Below the pieces are notes generated by a model. That model made no database searches and had not been told where the DNA came from. It saw only the letters and a list, made by a program, of their open reading frames with translations. Of a DNA stretch of 13,133 bases, positions 8,176 to 13,133 are shown piece after piece. The stretch covers positions 1-13,133 of the forward strand of contig JBNJGH010000092.1 in assembly GCA_051747585.1 (NCBI GenBank), written 5' to 3'. How positions within the stretch are numbered: position 1 is the first letter of the stretch; each line of letters opens with the position of its first letter. This stretch comes from Candidatus Rifleibacteriota bacterium. GTDB taxonomy: Bacteria > Muiribacteriota > Ozemobacteria > Ozemobacterales > Ozemobacteraceae. Both the position numbers and the translations under genes were made by a program.

Positions 8176-8438
8176 AACCACAGAGATCACAAAGTTACAC
8201 AGAGAATCTTTTTCAGTCTTTGTTTCCTATCATAAACAAGCTCTTAGAAAAACACCCGTGTTTTTCTAAGAGCTTGTTTATGATAGGAAGGCCGGTCGGT
8301 TTCACCGTCCGGCTTCCCCAGACATTAGCAGGTTGTTGAAAAAACACTGGTGCTTTTTCAACAACCTGCTAATGTCTGGGGAACAAAGGCTGAAAAAGAT
8401 AAAAAAACAACTCCGTGCTCTCGGTGCACTCTGTGGTT
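8176..8438. repeat. Nested multi-hairpin intergenic element, copy 1 (REP/REPIN/MITE-like or structured RNA)
   Basis: Terminal 3x CAC(A/C/G)(G/A)AG heptamer arrays in inverted orientation (8179-8204 / 8411-8435). A 17-bp stem, 8206-8222 / 8384-8400, has one G-U. Inside: a perfect 32-bp IR (8224-8255 / 8258-8289), a GC hairpin (8291-8313) and a perfect 30-bp IR (8314-8343 / 8354-8383). Confidence 0.9.
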
Positions 8439-8528
8439 TAATATAACCATTTAACGAAAAGTTAAGAAACAAAAAAATGAGCAGATAAATTAGTTGCCAG
8501 CTATTGGGGATTTTGTTAAAAATAAGCC

Positions 8529-9911
8529 ATGAAAATTTTGCAATGCAAAACTATATTGCTGCTTGCTGTTATTTTTTCAATATTCAGCAGTTGCGCTTAT
8601 TCAGAAGAGCTGCTTTTCTGGAACTTCTGGGATCCGAAGTTTATTCTTCCGGTTATTGAAGAGTTCGAAAAACAGAACCCCGGAGTGACAATAAAAAATG
8701 AACAGATCACCTGGGGAAACGGCTTGGATAAAATAGTTGTGGCAATGGCAAATGGCAAAGCGCCTGATATTTGTGAAATGGGTTCTACCTGGATGGGCAA
8801 ATTCATGGGCGAGGGCGCTTTAATAGATGTTACCGAGAAATTTCAAGACCTTAAACCCGAATACATGATGTGGAAACCGGCGACCTGGCAGGGCCGACTT
8901 TATGGAATGCCCTGGCTTGCCGGGACAAGGGTGCTTTTTTATAATCGCGAACTTTTTGAAAAAGCCGGGCTCGATCCCGATAATCCTCCTGCTACCTGGC
9001 AGGAATTTCTCGATGCAGCCCAAAAAATCCATAATCCCGACGAGGGTACCTACGGTTTTGGTATGAATGCCGGTGAAGGGCACATTCTTTATAAAAAGTT
9101 CATGCCTTTTGTCTGGGGTAATGGCGGCAAAATTCTAGATGAAAACGGGAACTTTGTTTTCGATTCGCCGCAAACCAGAGAAGCTTTGAATTTTTATCTT
9201 GAATTAAAAAAATACAGCTATCGTGAAAAGCAGGATTTGCTCGATGAAGCTTTTAAAAAAGGCTCGCTGGGAATGACCATATCAGGCTCATGGAATTTTG
9301 CCAGATACCCGGTTGATGCCCCGAATCTTGATTTTTCAGTAGGGCTGATTCCTAAACCCACAAAAAATAAAGGGTATTCCGCCTCTTTTCTTGGCGGAGA
9401 AATCCTGGTTCTATTTAAAAGCTGTAAAAATCCAGATATGGCGGCCAAATTTGTCAGGTTTCTGGTCGAAGCAAAAAACACATTGCCAATTACCAAAGAA
9501 GCACTGGTAAGTTTCCCTGCAGCAACTGACAGCTTTAATGATGAATTCTTTACTACAGACCCGAGGTTGCAGGTTTTCATAGAGCAAATGAAAACGGGCG
9601 TACATCCGCCGGTTCATCCCTTGTGGATCGAGCTTGAAAAAATAATTAACAAAGCAGTCGAAAGTGCTATGTACGGGGCGAACATAGATGAGGTTTTTGC
9701 TCAGGCTGAAAAAGAATATCAGAGAGTAGAATCAAGAGCGAAGCAAAATAAATCGGTTCGTTTAAAAGAGCAGAAGCAAAATCGAGAGGGAAATTCAGTT
9801 TTTTCAAGCTCGACTCAAACAATGCTTTTAGTTCTTATAGCTATAGGTACAATAGTTAATGCGATTTTGTTGAGTTTTCTTTTGTTAGAGGTAAAAAAAA
9901 ACGCAAGTTGA
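8529..9911 (+). CDS. Carbohydrate ABC transporter substrate-binding protein (SBP family 1) with a C-terminal hydrophobic extension
   Basis: Signal peptide; FEKQNPGVTIK, APDICEMG, GRLYGMPW...LFYNRELFEKAGLDP..PPATWQEF; directly upstream of two permeases. Confidence 0.93.
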   Translation: MKILQCKTILLLAVIFSIFSSCAYSEELLFWNFWDPKFILPVIEEFEKQNPGVTIKNEQITWGNGLDKIVVAMANGKAPDICEMGSTWMGKFMGEGALIDVTEKFQDLKPEYMMWKPATWQGRLYGMPWLAGTRVLFYNRELFEKAGLDPDNPPATWQEFLDAAQKIHNPDEGTYGFGMNAGEGHILYKKFMPFVWGNGGKILDENGNFVFDSPQTREALNFYLELKKYSYREKQDLLDEAFKKGSLGMTISGSWNFARYPVDAPNLDFSVGLIPKPTKNKGYSASFLGGEILVLFKSCKNPDMAAKFVRFLVEAKNTLPITKEALVSFPAATDSFNDEFFTTDPRLQVFIEQMKTGVHPPVHPLWIELEKIINKAVESAMYGANIDEVFAQAEKEYQRVESRAKQNKSVRLKEQKQNREGNSVFSSSTQTMLLVLIAIGTIVNAILLSFLLLEVKKNAS

Positions 9912-10798
9912 TATTTAAACGGCGGCCGGTTGGCCCCGTTCGGCGTGCTCAACGCACCCTGTTGTTTCTTTCCCCCTGGCTTATCACTTTTGCAGTTTTC
10001 TGGCTCTATCCGCTGATTTTTTCGCTGATTCTAAGTTTTTGCGATTATAATGTATTTCACCCCGATGTTTTCAGATTTGTCGGTTTTAAAAATTATCTGA
10101 GGTTATTTTCCGATCCCGAATTTTATCAGGCCTTCAAAAACACTCTGATATTTGTTCTTGGAACAACTCCGGTTACAACTGTTCTGGCTTTGGCTCTGGC
10201 TTTACTGGTCAATTCGGTTGCGAAAGGCACCCAGTTTTTTCGTTCTGCCTTTTTTCTTCCCTCTATTATTTCTATAGTAGTAACAGCAACAATTTTTAAA
10301 TCTTTTTATTCACCGGTTGGCATGCTTAATCGAATTCTTGAATTTTTTTCTCTTCCCGGTCATGCCTGGCTGATAGAGAAAGGGCTGGCTTTGCCCGCCA
10401 TTATGTTTATGAATATCTGGGCTTATACCGGTTATTATATGGTTCTATATCTCGCTGCTCTGAAGGCTGTTCCCGGACAGCTTTATGAAGCCGCAGATGT
10501 AGATGGCGCTTCAGACTGGCAAAAGTTCAGATATATCACATTGCCTCAGATTCATTATATGACAATATTTATTTTAATTGTTAACAGCATAAGAACCTGG
10601 CAGGTTTTTCCCGAGATATTTACTCTTACCCGTGGTGGGCCTGTCGGCACAACCAATTCAATTGTTCATCTCCTTTATGAATCTGCATTCAGATACCATG
10701 AAATGGGCTATGCTTCGGCACTGGCTTATATTCTGCTTTTTATTATTATGATATTTTCAATTATACAGATGAAGATGTTGTCAGGGAGGAAAACATGA
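9908..10798 (+). CDS. Carbohydrate ABC transporter permease (MalF/UgpA-like)
   Basis: Multiple TM segments, FVGFKNY, EAA loop LYEAADVDGASDWQKFRYITLP, LTRGGP and MGYASA. The TTG start overlaps the upstream stop (TTGA). Confidence 0.94.
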   Translation: MIFKRRPVGPVRRAQRTLLFLSPWLITFAVFWLYPLIFSLILSFCDYNVFHPDVFRFVGFKNYLRLFSDPEFYQAFKNTLIFVLGTTPVTTVLALALALLVNSVAKGTQFFRSAFFLPSIISIVVTATIFKSFYSPVGMLNRILEFFSLPGHAWLIEKGLALPAIMFMNIWAYTGYYMVLYLAALKAVPGQLYEAADVDGASDWQKFRYITLPQIHYMTIFILIVNSIRTWQVFPEIFTLTRGGPVGTTNSIVHLLYESAFRYHEMGYASALAYILLFIIMIFSIIQMKMLSGRKT

Positions 10799-11610
10799 GG
10801 GGAAAAACCATTAAAGGCAAAAGCATTTTTCTTTTTCTCTGCGTTCTTTCGGCAACTTATTTGTATCCATGGCTTTATATGCTGGTGCGCTCATTCTTAC
10901 GCCATGAACCGGGGTTGTCTGACGGCAAAGGTTTGTTTACCCTGGAAAATTATCAGCTTGTGCTTGGAAACGCTGGGTTTCCGACTTACACTTTAAACAG
11001 TTTTCTTGTTTTAACTGCTGTGTTGGTAGCCAATGTCGTATTTTCGGTTATGGTCGGCTATGCTTTTGCCAGGTATAAATTTCCCTTTAGAAGGCCTTTA
11101 TTCTGGCTGGTTCTTTTAACTCTTATGGTACCCAAGCAGACCCTGATGATACCTCTGCTGGATCTAATGATAGGCCTTGGCTTTCATAATACTCTATGGG
11201 CTCTTATTCTGCCTTTTTGCGTAGATGGGTTCAATCTCTTTTTAATGAAGCAATATATCGAAGGCTTGCCCCCTGACCTTGAAGAGGCTGCCCGGGTCGA
11301 TGGCTACGGCGAAATCGGTATTTTAATTCACGTAATTTTTCCTCTTTCGCGACCTGCAATTGCTGTGTTGGTAATTAATACCGCGATTATCACCTGGAAT
11401 TCATTTCTTTTTCCATTAATATTGACCGATACCGCAGATGTAAGAACTTTGCCCGTAGCTTTGGCAATGTTTTCTCAAGGTCCTTATGCTACTGACTGGG
11501 GCGCTCTGATGGCCGGCGCAAGTGTCAGCTCGTTACCAATAATTGCTCTTTTCTGGATTTTTCAGAAAGAAATTATTGAAGGAATAACCAGCGGCGCCCT
11601 CAAAGAATAA
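10795..11610 (+). CDS. Carbohydrate ABC transporter permease (MalG/UgpE-like)
   Basis: GYAFARYKFP, EAA loop LEEAARVDG, WNSFLFPLI, QKEIIEGITSGALKE; ATGA overlap with the upstream gene. Confidence 0.94.
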   Translation: MRGKTIKGKSIFLFLCVLSATYLYPWLYMLVRSFLRHEPGLSDGKGLFTLENYQLVLGNAGFPTYTLNSFLVLTAVLVANVVFSVMVGYAFARYKFPFRRPLFWLVLLTLMVPKQTLMIPLLDLMIGLGFHNTLWALILPFCVDGFNLFLMKQYIEGLPPDLEEAARVDGYGEIGILIHVIFPLSRPAIAVLVINTAIITWNSFLFPLILTDTADVRTLPVALAMFSQGPYATDWGALMAGASVSSLPIIALFWIFQKEIIEGITSGALKE

Positions 11611-11693
11611 AAATCAGCAATTCTCAGTCAGCTATTATTAGCTGGTTACCAAAAGTTTTGCTTTTATTTCTTTCTGTAAAATATCGAAATTTC

Positions 11694-11901
11694 ACCACCG
11701 AGATCACAGAGCGCACCGAGACGTTTTTTAATCTTTTTCAGCCTTTGTTCACAATATTACTCAGCATACATAAAAACATTAATGCTTTTATGTATGCTGA
11801 ATAATATTATGAAACCCGGCCGGTGAAACCGCCGGCTGATTGTCCAAAGGACAATCAACGGCTGAAAAAGATTCTCTGTGATTCTCTGAGGGCTCTGTGG
11901 T
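11694..11901. repeat. Nested multi-hairpin intergenic element, copy 2 (inverted relative to copy 1)
   Basis: Heptamer arrays at 11696-11720 / 11874-11899; stem AATCTTTTTCAGCC/GGCTGAAAAAGATT (11730-11743 / 11860-11873); a 66-nt palindrome at 11748-11813 with 3 mismatches; GC hairpin CCGGCCGGTGAAACCGCCGG (11816-11835); 9-bp hairpin TGATTGTCC-AAA-GGACAATCA (11837-11857). Confidence 0.9.
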
Positions 11902-11916
11902 TTAAGAAAATGTACA

Positions 11917-11944
11917 TTGCCGGTTGCAAAAAAATCAGTATAAT
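11917..11944 (+). promoter_or_regulatory. Putative sigma70-type promoter
   Basis: TTGCCG (11917-11922), 16-nt spacer, TATAAT (11939-11944), followed by a GAGG RBS at 11956-11959 and the ATG at 11967. Confidence 0.55.
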
Positions 11945-11966
11945 TAAATAACAATGAGGAAGTATT

Positions 11967-12941
11967 ATGCTGCGATTTTATAAAAGTTTCAGGTTTATAA
12001 GTCTTTTGCTGGTTCTGACAATGCTGGTTGCTCCGGTAGTTCAGGCCGCAGAGCTTTCTTTGTTCGACCGTTTAAAGCTTAAAACAGAACAAAAAATCGA
12101 GCAGGTTCAGCAACGTGACTGGTGGATAACCAAAGCTGTGGGCAAGGCGGTAGGTTTTGTTGCCGGTAAAGCCGGTGGTGGAATCGGTGCCGCTGTAGGC
12201 TATTTGATAGGTGCGGGAATGGGCGGCCCGGTGGTTGCAGGCATGGGTGCCATGATCGGTTTCCGCATAGGTGATATTGTTACACAAATATTTGCCGAGG
12301 CCGTTAGTAATGTGGTAACCCAATGGAAGCTGAAAGATAAACGGGAAGTAAATCTAACTACCGTAACTGAGGCGCTGAGGGTGGTTGATGCAGGAGCTTT
12401 AACTGCAGAATCGGTTGGTGCAGTTGTAGGTGATCTTGTTGGTGGCACAATGGGCGCAGCAGCCGGAATTGCTTTTTTTGCGGGGTGCGGCCCTGTGGCT
12501 TTGCCGATTCTGGGAACTTTTACCTCGGCCTATATTGGTAGTAAGATCGGCACATCAATATTTAGTGGAATTGGTAGTTGGATAGGGAGTAAATCTTTGA
12601 AAAAAGGTTATGAAGCCTATGCAGGAAGAGAACCCAAGATAGCTTCAGAAGACAGCGATATTTCTGAAACAGATTTTAACAATGATTTCAGGAATGAGTC
12701 TGAAGAAGAAGCGCAAATTTCAGAAAGCGAAGCAGATAGCAAAGATAAATCGATTTCTGATAAAAATGTTAATACCTCTATTTCAGATGCCCGCCAGGAA
12801 TATGAAAAGGCATATAAAGCCTATACCGAGGCAATGATTTCAGGCGCTGACTCAGAAGAAGCAACCAGAAAACTTCAGGTATACAGAGAAGCCCTGGAAA
12901 GATATAGAGCGATTATTTCTACCGTTCAAAGTAACAGATAA
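11967..12941 (+). CDS. Exported hypothetical protein with two glycine-zipper-like hydrophobic regions, an acidic linker and a C-terminal Tyr/Ala-rich helical domain
   Basis: 324 aa with RBS and promoter; signal peptide ending VVQA; GxxxG arrays (AVGKAVGFVAGKAGGGIGAAVG...; SVGAVVGDLVGGTMGAAAG...); D/E/S-rich linker; ARQEYEKAYKAYTEAM...YREALERY. Confidence 0.85.
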   Translation: MLRFYKSFRFISLLLVLTMLVAPVVQAAELSLFDRLKLKTEQKIEQVQQRDWWITKAVGKAVGFVAGKAGGGIGAAVGYLIGAGMGGPVVAGMGAMIGFRIGDIVTQIFAEAVSNVVTQWKLKDKREVNLTTVTEALRVVDAGALTAESVGAVVGDLVGGTMGAAAGIAFFAGCGPVALPILGTFTSAYIGSKIGTSIFSGIGSWIGSKSLKKGYEAYAGREPKIASEDSDISETDFNNDFRNESEEEAQISESEADSKDKSISDKNVNTSISDARQEYEKAYKAYTEAMISGADSEEATRKLQVYREALERYRAIISTVQSNR

Positions 12942-13112
12942 TTTTTTCTTGAGCTTTGAACAATAGATTTCTCTAATCATTAATTATCCATTTGTTTGTT
13001 GAAATACCTGAGATTACCGGATGAATAACAACTACTCTCCAATACTCTGGATAAATCGACAGGTTTTGCCGATATTAAATATAAGAGTAATTCCAAGGAG
13101 GGTGTATCGAGT

Positions 13113-13133
13113 ATGGAACACTTCAACAGCTTT
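13113..13133 (+). CDS. Probable 5' end of a gene (MEHFNSF...), truncated by the window
   Basis: Strong SD AAGGAGG at 13095-13101 followed by an ATG at 13113; the frame is open to the window end. Confidence 0.5.

Noticed and set aside
8107..8190. 28-aa N-terminal extension of the serine hydrolase in the ORF track
   Set aside because: It begins inside the repeat; the ATG at 8106 has a GGAGG RBS and gives a clean signal peptide.
8145..8339. Small ORFs 8145..8339 (+) and 11757..11954 (-) share the peptide TENLFQ(S/P)L
   Set aside because: The similarity is just the translated repeat scaffold. They have weak starts without an RBS, different frames across the GC hairpin, and run through palindromes.
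8326..8371. TAGCAGGTTGTTGAAAAA...TTTTTCAACAACCTGCTA as a separate IS5/IS1182-type MITE
   Set aside because: It is reminiscent of IS terminal repeats, but the palindrome extends beyond it and is homologous to the neighbouring hairpin. This cannot be supported without an ISfinder search.
8176..8438. CRISPR array, tRNA or simple rho-independent terminator interpretation of the repeats
   Set aside because: There are no direct repeat-spacer units and no cloverleaf or T/D-loop motifs. Copy 1 lies between divergent genes, where no terminator is needed, and the stems are far longer than terminators.
8529..11610. Missing ATPase gene in the ABC cassette
   Set aside because: Common for CUT1 systems, which share a MsmK/MsmX-type ATPase encoded elsewhere.
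11626..11675. Terminator after the ABC operon (CAGCTA-TTAT-TAGCTG)
   Set aside because: Only a weak 6-bp stem, and the T-rich tract is not adjacent.

Overview
Bacterial genomic window using the standard code (TGA is a normal stop here). The left half (minus strand) is an EcoKI-like Type I restriction-modification operon, hsdR-hsdM-hsdS, followed by a coupled ATPase-like ORF. The operon appears to be decaying or repurposed: hsdR has one in-frame TGA, hsdS is split by an inferred ~22-nt deletion in its central conserved region, and the ATPase-like ORF has a degenerate Walker A, while hsdM and the promoter are intact. Next come a secreted class A beta-lactamase-like serine hydrolase (minus), a CUT1 sugar ABC cassette (binding protein plus two permeases, no ATPase gene), a secreted glycine-zipper protein and the start of another gene. 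The most striking feature is non-coding: two inverted copies (8176-8438 and 11694-11901) of a nested multi-hairpin element bracket the ABC operon. They share a conserved scaffold and carry long, near-perfect palindromic arms that differ by fully compensated substitutions.
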